Source of the DNA: Candidatus Poribacteria bacterium
GTDB lineage: Bacteria > Poribacteria > WGA-4E > WGA-3G
Assembly: GCA_963665235.2 (NCBI GenBank)
Contig: CAXXLX010000001.1
Coordinates: 2,976,001-3,040,000 of the forward strand
Direction: 5' to 3'
DNA length: 64,000 nt
The notes beneath the pieces are model-generated. The model was given only the letters and a program-made list of their open reading frames with translations. It made no database searches and was not told the origin of the DNA. Position 1 is the stretch's first letter. Each line of letters opens with the position of its first letter. Positions 21,240 through 31,004 of this stretch are shown here, piece by piece. Made by a program: the position numbers and the translations under genes.

Positions 21240-22061
21240 ATGACACAAAAAACTGACACAAAACCGATACAACCGACAGAGAGTTTTCGCGCTATTCCTG
21301 TAGCAGTGCCTGAGAATCTCGCTAATATTCGCATTATCCTCTTTGAACCGCGCGAACCGGGAAATATTGGCTCCGTCGCACGGGTTGTGAAGGGGATGGG
21401 GCTCTCACAGCTGTATCTCGTAAATCCTGTGCCTTTTCAGGACGTGGACGCGGCTTGGTATATGGCACACGGCGCGAAGGATATTCTTGAAAACTGCCAC
21501 GTCGTTCCAGAACTGAAAGATGCCCTTGTCGGTATAAAATACCTTGTGGGGACAACGCACCGACGGCGCGATATGCGTCTGCCACAGCCTGTACCAGCAC
21601 GCGATGCCGCGGAGACTATCGCCTCTGTTTCACAAGAGCAGCCGGTCGCGCTGCTGTTCGGACGGGAAGATTTCGGTTTATCTACGGACCAGGTGAGTCT
21701 GTGTCAGTTGACGGCAAGCGTGCCGATGGCGACAAAAAATCCGTCACTCAATTTGGCGCAGGCGGTTCAAATTTTCGCGTATGAGGTTTTTATCGCTAGT
21801 TTGACGGACTATCCGCCTTCGGAGCTGGATTATGCTGAAGTTAACGCACTAGAGGCATTTTACGGACGCGTCACGCGTTTGTTGGATAAAGTGGGCATGT
21901 CTCCATATAATCAGGAGTGGGAGACGTATCTGAAATCGTTGCGCCGTGTGTTTTCACGCGCCCCGCTTGAGGAACGCGACATTGCGACACTGGATATGAT
22001 TTTTTCTACGACTTATCGGCATATTGTGCGGTTGGAGCAGAGGTTGGAAGATTCTAATTGA
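21240..22061 (+). CDS. trmJ: TrmJ/LasT-family SPOUT RNA methyltransferase
   Basis: PGNIGSVAR, LLFGREDFGLS, SLNLAQAV. Confidence 0.85.
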   Translation: MTQKTDTKPIQPTESFRAIPVAVPENLANIRIILFEPREPGNIGSVARVVKGMGLSQLYLVNPVPFQDVDAAWYMAHGAKDILENCHVVPELKDALVGIKYLVGTTHRRRDMRLPQPVPARDAAETIASVSQEQPVALLFGREDFGLSTDQVSLCQLTASVPMATKNPSLNLAQAVQIFAYEVFIASLTDYPPSELDYAEVNALEAFYGRVTRLLDKVGMSPYNQEWETYLKSLRRVFSRAPLEERDIATLDMIFSTTYRHIVRLEQRLEDSN

Positions 22062-22073
22062 TAGGTTGGAATA

Positions 22074-23672
22074 ATGAAGACATTTGGCACTTATGGCCCC
22101 GTGAATCCTGAAGAGCATTACGTCGTCTCTCGTGCTGTGGAGCTTGCCGATTTCATCGACCGCGTCAAACGGGGACAATATGTCGTTATCTTCGCGCCTC
22201 GACAGACTGGCAAAACTACGTTCTTCCAATGGGCAATTGAGTCTCTCACAGCTGATGCCGCAGAAACGTACTTCCCAATTGAACTTAACTTTGAGCTGTA
22301 TGAAGACTACGCCGCCGCTGATTTTTACAACTCTCTCCATAAAAGAGTTTACCAGGAAATTAAGAGGGGTTTCCAGAAACGCGGGCATGTGCTTTCTGCA
22401 ACCTTAAGCCAATTTTTGGAGGAGACAGAGATAGCCGACCATGTTGCCATGATGGAGTTCTTTGAACAGCTTGCGGGGTTTCTTCTCGGAGATATGAAAC
22501 TTGTCCTTGTTATTGACGAGTTCGATGGTATTCCTCAGGCTGCGGTGAGCGGTTTTCTTCACGCGCTCCGGCACATCTACGTTCACGGTTCCGGGCCTCG
22601 GTGCCTCCACAGTGTTGCCCTCGTTGGGGTTAAGCAGATTACACAGCTCAACCTGAATCGCTCTATTTCACCGTTCAATATCCAGGACGAGTTTACCTTG
22701 TCTAACTTTACCTTTGAGCAGGTTCGCGAGCTGTTTTCGCAATGGACAGATGAAGTCGGTCAAGGTTTCGGACCTGAAGTCATTGAGAATATTCACAGAC
22801 AAACTGCTGGACAGCCCTTCCTCGTCAACCGATTCGGACAGCTGCTCACTGAAAAGATGAACATTCCGAAAACCGAGACGATTACGATGACGCACTTCTC
22901 GAAGGCGCACACAGAAATTCGCGAAGAAGATAACGCCAATCTCATGCATCTCATAACGAATATTCGTAGAAACCCACGGTTTAAAAACATCTTGATGGAA
23001 ATTGCCTCTTACGAGAGGGGGGTGCGTTTCAATCCACGCCGGGAACTTATCCGTGAACTCGCTACACACGGGGTTATCGGAAAGGATTCCGATGGTATGT
23101 GTCAAATTGTTAACCCCATTTATCAATATTGCATCCTACAGACGTTCAAACCGGAGATTAATGGGTTGGAGCACGACTACTTTCCCGAAGGGACAGACTT
23201 TCTGGACTATCTCACGCCCAGAGGGGAGATTAATATGGAACGGCTGCTTGATAATTTTCGAACTTTTATCGCACGCGCAGGATTCCGGATACTTCAGGTC
23301 CCAGAAACACCGAAAGAGTACGTTGGGCAAGACCTCCTCTACGCCTATCTCGACCAGTTTGTCAGTTTAATTCGAAGCACAATGTACCTTGAAGTTCAAA
23401 CGGGACGCGGCAGGATGGACCTCATTATCGGACACAACGCGCGAAAATATATCGTCGAAACGAAGATTTGGGAGGGGCATCGTCGCTATGAAGCTGCTAA
23501 GAGACAGCTGGCTGCATATCTCAAATTAGAGGACGCTAGAGAAGGATACTACGTCGTTTTCGATCATCGTGTGAAACCGGAGCCCCGCGTGGAAACGGAG
23601 ACGATTGACGGTTTGGTGCTTCGGAGTTATGTCATTCCTGTAGCACAAGAGGCACCTTCACGACAAGCATAA
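22074..23672 (+). CDS. AAA-like ATPase with C-terminal PD-(D/E)xK-like domain
   Basis: APRQTGKTT, VIDEFD, SPFNI, GQPFLV; GRMDLII...IVETK. Confidence 0.85.
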   Translation: MKTFGTYGPVNPEEHYVVSRAVELADFIDRVKRGQYVVIFAPRQTGKTTFFQWAIESLTADAAETYFPIELNFELYEDYAAADFYNSLHKRVYQEIKRGFQKRGHVLSATLSQFLEETEIADHVAMMEFFEQLAGFLLGDMKLVLVIDEFDGIPQAAVSGFLHALRHIYVHGSGPRCLHSVALVGVKQITQLNLNRSISPFNIQDEFTLSNFTFEQVRELFSQWTDEVGQGFGPEVIENIHRQTAGQPFLVNRFGQLLTEKMNIPKTETITMTHFSKAHTEIREEDNANLMHLITNIRRNPRFKNILMEIASYERGVRFNPRRELIRELATHGVIGKDSDGMCQIVNPIYQYCILQTFKPEINGLEHDYFPEGTDFLDYLTPRGEINMERLLDNFRTFIARAGFRILQVPETPKEYVGQDLLYAYLDQFVSLIRSTMYLEVQTGRGRMDLIIGHNARKYIVETKIWEGHRRYEAAKRQLAAYLKLEDAREGYYVVFDHRVKPEPRVETETIDGLVLRSYVIPVAQEAPSRQA

Positions 23673-23780
23673 GGGTTTATTAGGGGTGTGTAAAGTTTTT
23701 GTACGTCTGCGATATTTTTTTTGAAGAAAAATCAAACAGTTCGCAACTAATACCATTTCTAATTGGAAATGTCTCTTTAT

Positions 23781-23894
23781 TGTAGCATAAACTTCCAGTT
23801 TGTGCGTTCTTGTAGCATAAACTTCCAGTTTGTGCGTTCTTGTAGCATAAACTTCCAGTTTGTGCGTTCTTGTAGCATAAACTTCCAGTTTGTG
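23781..23894. repeat. 30-bp tandem repeat x3.8
   Basis: TGTAGCATAAACTTCCAGTTTGTGCGTTCT at 23781, 23811, 23841 and partial at 23871. Confidence 0.95.
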
Positions 23895-24034
23895 TCTTCC
23901 GTTCTCCGTTTCATTTCTAACGACCGGTAATGATAGGATAATTAATAAAAATGGTATAATATAACAGCACCCCAAAACTTTTTTGGGAGGCAAGCGGTGC
24001 GTTTTGCAACTCACCGGATTGGACACCGATAGCG

Positions 24035-24732
24035 TTTGTGTCGAAAGTGTAACTTATGCACCGGAACCGCACCAAAAAGTAGGAGGCAGAACGATAAGAA
24101 AAGTAGGCAGGACAGATACCCGAAATCGGCAGTCGAAATGACACATTTTGTTTTTTTGTGTTGCGAAAAAGATAGGTGTAAACCGCTTACAAATATAGAT
24201 AGGGCGTGCGTTTGTGCACATACAACACCGAGAACCAAATGTTACACTTTGTGTCGAAAGTGTATACAACACCGAGAACCAAATGTTACACTTTGTGTCG
24301 AAACTTATGCACCGGAACCACCTCAAAAAGTAGGAGACAGAACGATAAGAAAAGTCCGCAGGACAGATACCCGAAATCGGCAGTCGAAATGACACATTTT
24401 GTTTTTTTGTGTTGCGAAAGAGAGAGTGCAAAACGGCTTACAAACATAGACTGGGCGTGCGTTCAGACACCTGCAACACCCAAAACCAAATGTTACACTT
24501 TGTGTCGAAAGTGTAACTTATGCACCGGAACCGGTGTCAAAAAGTAGAAGGCAGAACGGTAAGAAAAGTCCGCAGAACAGATACCCGAAATCGGCGGTCG
24601 AAATGACACATTTTGTTTTTTTGTGTTGCGAAAGAGAGAGTGCAAAACGGCTTACAAACATAGACTGGGCGTGCGTTTGTGCACATGCAACACCGAGAAC
24701 CAAATGTTACACTTTGTGTCAAAAGTGTAACA
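24035..24732. repeat. three diverged ~214-bp tandem units
   Basis: anchor ACAGATACCCGAAATCGGC near 24112, 24363, 24577; hairpin GTTACACTTT-gtgtcg-AAAGTGTAAC at unit junctions. Confidence 0.92.
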
Positions 24733-24783
24733 TTTACACCGGTTTTGTACAAAAACTTTACGCACCCTCACGGAATTTTTCTC

Positions 24784-24813
24784 TTGACAGAAAATTGTTT
24801 AGCATGTTATAAT
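24784..24813 (+). promoter_or_regulatory. sigma-70-type promoter (extended -10)
   Basis: TTGACA-N18-TATAAT with TGn. Confidence 0.6.
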
Positions 24814-24879
24814 AGATGATTAAATTAACGTTAACTATAACTGCCAGAGATTTCTCGGCGCTGACGAAGGAGAATTATA

Positions 24880-25125
24880 ATGAACATTCAGAATCCTAAG
24901 GAGGTCGTTGTATCTCCAGAGTTAGAGAAAGAAGAAGATGCGTTACTTTCATATTGGACGAAGGAGCGCATAGATGCTGCGCAGCCTTTACCGCTTCCAG
25001 TTCTAACTGAGCCTATTGATAATACTCACGTTTTAACATCTCTGCAGGGACCCCTGGTGAGTGGTGACTCGCGCCTGCCTGGGGGTGAAACCTTTCGGGC
25101 TGATGTAAAGAATGAGTGCAAATGA
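24880..25125 (+). pseudogene. short ORF, probably N-terminal remnant of a serine protease pro-region
   Basis: RBS AAGGAG; YWTKERIDAAQPLP resembles YWTPERM..A.P pro-peptides; ends before any catalytic domain. Confidence 0.45.
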
Positions 25126-25205
25126 AATTTAACCCGCGTGACCATTGCGTTTATTAAAACAATTCTAAAGTTTGGACAATTTTAGGAGTTTGCATTGGTT
25201 TCCGT

Positions 25206-25478
25206 GTTGTCTGAATCGCGGATTATCGCGGATTACACGGATTGCGCGGATTTTAAGGTGCGTAACACTCCAAGTTTTGTGTCTATAGGTTAGGGTGTTG
25301 TGTTCTCTATAAACATTCCGCCCCGATGGGGCTAGTTTATGGGGTGATTGCGTTTTCTATAAACATTCCGCCCCGATGGGGCTACGCTTTTGCACATTGG
25401 AGTCTATTTTCTACTGTTTGTACTTGTGTGAGCAACTGTGAGAAAAAATCAGAAATGCTTTGCAAATCAGGCATCAGG
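25206..25478. repeat. composite intergenic repeat block, copy 2
   Basis: same order of CGGATTA units, two CTATAAACATTCCGCCCCGATGGGGCTA hairpins and TGTGTGAGCAACTGTGAGAAAAA..GAAATGCTTTG as at 18501-18880. Confidence 0.8.
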
Positions 25479-25542
25479 TACATAGATATTGTCCAAACCT
25501 TAGTATAGAAAACGTCACGGATATTAACACCGTATCTTAACA

Positions 25543-25763
25543 AACGTGAGCTTGATAATAAATGTCCGTTTGCGCTAACCTCTATAAACATATCGTCCTT
25601 AAAGAGCGGGCTGCTTGCCCGAATACTGGGACTAAGAGGGGTGGTGGGAACGCCTAATTCTATAAACATACCGCCCCTACGGGGCTAAGAGGTGTGCCGT
25701 TGTGTGCTTCTATAAACATACCGCCCCTACGGGGCTAAAGAAACTTTTTTCCAAACTCACGTT
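25543..25763. mobile_element. MITE with IS982-like ends carrying REP-like hairpins
   Basis: AACGTGAGCTTG ... CAAACTCACGTT inverted ends; ATCTTAAC direct repeat at 25534-25541 and 25764-25771. Confidence 0.65.
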
Positions 25764-25801
25764 ATCTTAACGAACACAACTTTGGAAACAACCCGAAAAA
25801 A

Positions 25802-28800
25802 ATGCGATACATCAAACCGCTCGTTTGGCTCATTTTTATACTCTCAGGGGCAAGCAGCCTTATCTATGAAGTGATATGGATGCGGCAACTGACGCTTGTC
25901 TTTGGCAGCACTATCTTTGCAACCAGCACCGTTCTGACGGTCTTCATGGCAGGACTGGCACTCGGCAGCTTCTACTTCGGTAGGAAAATTGACGAAAGCA
26001 GCATGTCACCGCTGAAACTTTATGCACTCCTTGAAGCGGGCATTGGTGGGTTCTGTCTTATCTGGCCCCTGCTGCTGAGCCTGCTGAGCGCGGTCTATGT
26101 GCTTGTGTATCGCAACATAACGTCAGAATTTTATACGCTCTCCTTAATTCGGTTTGTTTTGACATTCGGTGTCCTGCTAATTCCTTCGATACTGATGGGT
26201 GGCACGTTGCCAGTCCTTACAAGATTTTTTGTCAAACGGTTGGAACACCTCGGCACGAACATCGGTATCCTATACGCGTTGAATACGTTTGGCGCGGTCA
26301 TCGGGACGGTGGCGGCAGGATTTTTCCTGATTGAGGCTTTGGGCATCCGAACTACGTTGTTTGTAGGTGTGGCAATCAATTTTGCAGTGGCGGTCGTTGG
26401 CATATTGCTGGACCGTCTAAAAGTACAGGATATAGAACAGGAAACGGAAGAGCCGCCCGAACAGGAAACAGCAGCAGAGCCGCCGACGCAATCTCTGCCG
26501 TTACAACGTTTGATTCTGTTGGCGACAGGCATCTCAGGATTCTGCGCGCTAGGGTATGAGGTATTATGGACACGCATCCTGGTCTTCTTTTTGGGGAGCA
26601 CGACGTATGCCTTCGCGACAATGCTTGCGGCGTTTCTGTTCGGTATTGCGTTAGGAAGTCTGATATTTGCCCGGTGGGTTGACCGGATGAAGCAAGCCGA
26701 AAGTGCAGTCGGTATTTTAGGTATCCTCCAACTCGGTATTGCCCTATCTGCGCTGGTGCTGATGCCTGCGTTTGAGGAGATGTACGGAATGGGCAAAGCA
26801 TTTGAGAACGTCTTCGGGGGCGGACGATTCTGGGCATTCTTCTCCTGCTTTCTAGTGATGAGCGTACCGACCTTTCTGATGGGTGCCAGTTTTCCGCTTG
26901 TTACGAAAATTTACACGGGCAGTGCGCGGCAACTCGGCAGGAGCATCGGGAACGTCTATGCGATTAACACGGTTGGGAGCATCTTAGGGGCATTTTGTGC
27001 GGGTTTTATCTTACTTCCGCTTATCGGAATTCGGCCGAGCATCGTCTTGATGGTAGTGTTGAACACAGGCATCGGGTGTTTTCTTATCTTCAAACTCGGG
27101 TCGTTGGGGTTGCAGAGTGCCGCATACAACGGGGTCGGGATAGGTATGCCGATTCTGAACGTGGGATTGGCGGTTATTCTGCTGTTGACCTTGAATAAAC
27201 CGCTCTTTCTGAAAAGTGCGATTTTCCAAACACAACGCCCAGGCGACACGCTTATTGATTACAATGAAGAGGTGGACGCAACGGTGACGACGTTGAAGGA
27301 CGATGAAGGGGTGTATCGGCTCTATGTAGACACAAATCAGGCGGCGGATGCCTCACGTTGGGATTCGCCTTCACATCGTGTCATTGCACACCTGCCGCTG
27401 CTATTGCATCCGAATCCGAGCCGTGCCCTGGTTGTTGGGTTCGGCATGGGATTAACCTCCTATTCTATAACACAGCACGGCGTGCAGGTCGAGGCGGTTG
27501 AACTGTCGCGCGGGGTCATCTCAGCAGCGCAAAAGCATTTCACGCACGTCAATGGAGATGTATTCGAGAAAAAAAATCTATTTAATTATATAATTAACGA
27601 TGGGCGAAACCATATCTTGATGACAAAGACGAAATATGATATGATTTCTACAGGCATTATCCATCCACTTGTTAGTGCAGGGAGCTCCAATATCTATACG
27701 GCGGACTTTTATCGCTTGTGTCGGCGGATTCTTAGCGAGAATGGCGTTATGTGTCAATGGGTGCCGTTGCATCGGCTGCCTGAAACACACTATAAGATGA
27801 TTGTGCGGACGTTCATTGAGGTTTTTCCGGAGACAACGCTCTGGTATAAGTATACCCCGGACTTCGTAATTCTCATCGGTACGGCTAAACCGCTTACGAT
27901 TAACTACAGGAATTTTATGGAACGTGCCCAACTTGTGGCAAGTATACGCGAAGGGCTCGCCGCCGATGACTTAGATGGCATGTCGCTCCTAGATTCGTTT
28001 ATGATGGGGCCAGAAGCTGTCCGAGACTATGCGGGTGCCGGCCCTATCCATACAGATAACCGTCCTCGGTTGGAATTTTTCCGAGGGACGGAATTGGTGA
28101 ATACCACTGCACAAAATATTCAGGGGATGCGGCAATATAGAGAAAAGGTTACACCCTATCTCATGAACTACGGCACGACACTGGCGGCGAAAAAAGCGGT
28201 ACGGGAGAGAATTGACCGCTATTTTGCAGCCACGCAGCAGCTAATCCTTGGACAAATCGCTTATGCAAACAGACAACTTGAAAATGCCGCCGCCTTAATG
28301 TATGACGCAGCCCGAAGAAATCCGCTGGACGAGACGATTCGTTATAACTTCAGTGTTGTCGCAGGTTTAATTCATGAAGGGGATAAAGAAGAGCTCCGAA
28401 TAGCTGAGGAACAGCTGAAACGGCAGCTCGCGCAAAATCCCGACGATGTCAGGGCACACCTAGATTTAGGCATAACGTATCGAATGCAAGGCAAACTGAA
28501 AGAAGCAGCAAGCGAATTTGAGGAGGTGCTCAAGCGCAACCCTAACAGACTCGAGGTCTATATGCTCTTAGGTCCAATTTACGAAAGCCAAGGAGAGGAC
28601 AAGGAAGCACTCAACACTTACAAACGGTTGGAGCGACTCGCTCCGGACCTCCCTGCCCCAATCCTTGCAGCTATGGCGGAAGTCTATCTGCGAATTGGAA
28701 ACAGTGTTGAGGAAGCAAAAAGATACGCACTGAAGGGTATAGAAAAGGGTGAAACAACCGGCCAGCATTCGTGGCGTTCCCATCACGTCCTCGGCAAGGT

Positions 28801-28963
28801 TTACGCTATGCTGAATCAACCGCAGGAACAGCGCGAACACTATACAAATGCCCTGAAAATTCTCGATGAAACCATTTCTCGGACCGCAGATAACAACGTC
28901 TTACGCGAGTTACGCGAGAATAGACAACAGATTCAAACCGAACTAGAACAACTCAAAAAATAG
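25802..28963 (+). CDS. fused membrane domain/spermidine-synthase-like methyltransferase fold with C-terminal TPRs
   Basis: SGASSLIYEVIWMR, LYALNTFGAV repeats, VGFGMG, DGRNH, HTDNRPRLEF, TPR helices. Confidence 0.88.
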   Translation: MRYIKPLVWLIFILSGASSLIYEVIWMRQLTLVFGSTIFATSTVLTVFMAGLALGSFYFGRKIDESSMSPLKLYALLEAGIGGFCLIWPLLLSLLSAVYVLVYRNITSEFYTLSLIRFVLTFGVLLIPSILMGGTLPVLTRFFVKRLEHLGTNIGILYALNTFGAVIGTVAAGFFLIEALGIRTTLFVGVAINFAVAVVGILLDRLKVQDIEQETEEPPEQETAAEPPTQSLPLQRLILLATGISGFCALGYEVLWTRILVFFLGSTTYAFATMLAAFLFGIALGSLIFARWVDRMKQAESAVGILGILQLGIALSALVLMPAFEEMYGMGKAFENVFGGGRFWAFFSCFLVMSVPTFLMGASFPLVTKIYTGSARQLGRSIGNVYAINTVGSILGAFCAGFILLPLIGIRPSIVLMVVLNTGIGCFLIFKLGSLGLQSAAYNGVGIGMPILNVGLAVILLLTLNKPLFLKSAIFQTQRPGDTLIDYNEEVDATVTTLKDDEGVYRLYVDTNQAADASRWDSPSHRVIAHLPLLLHPNPSRALVVGFGMGLTSYSITQHGVQVEAVELSRGVISAAQKHFTHVNGDVFEKKNLFNYIINDGRNHILMTKTKYDMISTGIIHPLVSAGSSNIYTADFYRLCRRILSENGVMCQWVPLHRLPETHYKMIVRTFIEVFPETTLWYKYTPDFVILIGTAKPLTINYRNFMERAQLVASIREGLAADDLDGMSLLDSFMMGPEAVRDYAGAGPIHTDNRPRLEFFRGTELVNTTAQNIQGMRQYREKVTPYLMNYGTTLAAKKAVRERIDRYFAATQQLILGQIAYANRQLENAAALMYDAARRNPLDETIRYNFSVVAGLIHEGDKEELRIAEEQLKRQLAQNPDDVRAHLDLGITYRMQGKLKEAASEFEEVLKRNPNRLEVYMLLGPIYESQGEDKEALNTYKRLERLAPDLPAPILAAMAEVYLRIGNSVEEAKRYALKGIEKGETTGQHSWRSHHVLGKVYAMLNQPQEQREHYTNALKILDETISRTADNNVLRELRENRQQIQTELEQLKK

Positions 28964-28983
28964 GAGGGAATTAGAAAAATATC

Positions 28984-30993
28984 ATGTCCCAAGAGACCTC
29001 TTTAAAACGCACCCACTACTGCGGTGACCTGCGCTTAAGCGATTCAGGAACGACCGCCCATCTCAACGGTTGGGTCAAACGTCGTCGCGACCATGGCGGG
29101 GTTATCTTCGTCGATTTGCGCGACCGAACTGGCATCACCCAGGTGGTCTTCGACCCGCAGATTGACGAAGAAGCACATGGCCTTGCGGATAGTGTCAGAA
29201 GCGAATACGTTTTGAACGTCCGCGGCACCGTTCGGGAACGCGCCCCAGGGGAGCTGCTCTTCCAAGCAGATACCACTTACCAAACAGCACTATCCGACGG
29301 CACGTTGTCCCCCGAATTCCGCGCTCTATTTGCGGATGCTGACACCAAATATACGCTATCGGAACACATTGAGATCACCGCGCGTATCCCCAATGAACAG
29401 TGGCTTCTCACCGATGTAGAAAATAGTAGAACATATCACATCGAACGCGAAGCAGACCATCTCTGTGTCTATCAGGGCACTGTCAATCCGGAGCTTGCTA
29501 CGGGAGAAATTGAGATAGCGGTGAATACCTTGCACATTCTCAACATTGCCGAAACGCCGCCGTTTCCCGTTGAGGACGATATTGAGGTAGCAGAAGAGAT
29601 TCGGATGCAGTACCGGTTCATAGACCTGCGACGGCCGACGATGCAGAAAATGCTTGAAATCCGACATAAAGCTACACTTGCGGCACGCAACTATATGCAT
29701 GAACAGGGATTTCTTGAAATTGAAACCCCTATCCTAGCGAACAGCACGCCGGAAGGCGCGCGCGATGTGCTTGTGCCGAGTCGTTATCACCCCGGTAAAT
29801 TCTACGGACTGCCACAATCACCGCAGCAGTTTAAGCAGATTCTCATGATGAGCGGGGTAGATAGATATTTCCAGATAGCTCGATGCTTCCGTGACGAAGA
29901 CACACGCGCAGATAGGCAACTTGAATTCACACAAATTGACATAGAGATGTCTTTTGCAGATGCAGATGATGTACTTGAGGTCACCGAAGGGCTCATGAAA
30001 CGGATATTTGAAGAGGCGGGGGGCATTCCATTACAGATTCCTTTCCCGCGGCTCCCCTATCACGAAGCGATGGCGCGGTTCGGAAGCGATAAACCGGACA
30101 CCCGATTCGGCCTGGAACTTACCGACCTCTCCGATGTCATGGCAGACTGCGATTTTCAGGTGTTCAAGAACGCACTGGCCACCGGCGGACAGGTCAAGGG
30201 CATCGCTGTACCGGGAGGCGCGGACCTCTCACGCAAAGAGATTGATGACCTAACAACGTTTGTTGCCACCTATAAAGCGAAGGGATTGGCGTGGATTAAG
30301 GTAACAGCAGATGGGTTTTCTTCTGGCATCGTCAAGTTTTTCGAAACGGAACAGCTACAAACAGCACAAACGCGAATGGGAGCGGAGCCCGGGGATATCA
30401 TGTTTTTTGTCGCTGACAGCCCGAAAGTCGTGGCAGATGCACTTGGTAACCTCCGCCTGCACCTTGGACGCGAACGCAACCTTATTGACGAGAATCTACA
30501 CAATTTTCTCTGGATTGTCGATTTTCCGCTGTTTGAGTGGCACCCTGAAGAAAACCGGTACAAACCGTTCCATCATATGTTTACCAACGCAACAGCTGAA
30601 ACATTGCCACTATTGGATACGGACCCAGGGAAGGTACAGAGTCAACAGTACGATTTGGTTTGCAACGGTTACGAAATCTGTAGCGGGAGCATCCGAATTC
30701 ACAATTGGGACCTTCAACAAAAGATTTTTGAGATTCTAAAAATCGCACCCGAAGAGATTGAAACCCAATTCAGCTATTTCACAGCTGCATTGAAATACGG
30801 CACCCCACCGCATGCGGGAATCGCCCCCGGATTGGACCGGATTGTGATGCTGATGCGGAACGAGGAGAACATTCGTGAGGTCATCGCGTTTCCAAAAACA
30901 CAACAGGGAATCTGTTCACTCACCCAGGCCCCCTCTCACGTGTCAGATGAACAATTAGAGGAGCTATCAATTCGCATAGATGCGGAAGCGTAA
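28984..30993 (+). CDS. aspS: aspartate--tRNA ligase (likely non-discriminating) with inserted domain
   Basis: RTHYCG, RRDHGG, LPQSPQ, CFRDED, PPHAGIAPGLDR. Confidence 0.97.
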   Translation: MSQETSLKRTHYCGDLRLSDSGTTAHLNGWVKRRRDHGGVIFVDLRDRTGITQVVFDPQIDEEAHGLADSVRSEYVLNVRGTVRERAPGELLFQADTTYQTALSDGTLSPEFRALFADADTKYTLSEHIEITARIPNEQWLLTDVENSRTYHIEREADHLCVYQGTVNPELATGEIEIAVNTLHILNIAETPPFPVEDDIEVAEEIRMQYRFIDLRRPTMQKMLEIRHKATLAARNYMHEQGFLEIETPILANSTPEGARDVLVPSRYHPGKFYGLPQSPQQFKQILMMSGVDRYFQIARCFRDEDTRADRQLEFTQIDIEMSFADADDVLEVTEGLMKRIFEEAGGIPLQIPFPRLPYHEAMARFGSDKPDTRFGLELTDLSDVMADCDFQVFKNALATGGQVKGIAVPGGADLSRKEIDDLTTFVATYKAKGLAWIKVTADGFSSGIVKFFETEQLQTAQTRMGAEPGDIMFFVADSPKVVADALGNLRLHLGRERNLIDENLHNFLWIVDFPLFEWHPEENRYKPFHHMFTNATAETLPLLDTDPGKVQSQQYDLVCNGYEICSGSIRIHNWDLQQKIFEILKIAPEEIETQFSYFTAALKYGTPPHAGIAPGLDRIVMLMRNEENIREVIAFPKTQQGICSLTQAPSHVSDEQLEELSIRIDAEA

Positions 30994-31004
30994 GGAGAAA
31001 AATA

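Larger units (their letters stand above)
23684..24767. mobile_element. non-coding element bounded by 21-bp inverted repeats
   Basis: GGGTGTGTAAAGTTTTTGTAC (23684-23704) vs GTACAAAAACTTTACGCACCC (24747-24767), 1 mismatch; no transposase; no clear TSD. Confidence 0.6.

Noticed and set aside
23781-23894. CRISPR array
   Set aside because: Units are head-to-tail with identical 6-nt linkers; no unique spacers and no cas genes
24011-24812. Cys-rich ORFs on both strands in the long tandem repeat
   Set aside because: Frames differ between units because of indels, no RBS; by-products of the repeat
18705-25740. Integron attC cassettes
   Set aside because: Hairpins lack RYYYAAC/GTTRRRY cores and no integrase is present
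29248-29475. Intein in aspS
   Set aside because: No N-terminal C/S or C-terminal HN followed by C/S/T; too short
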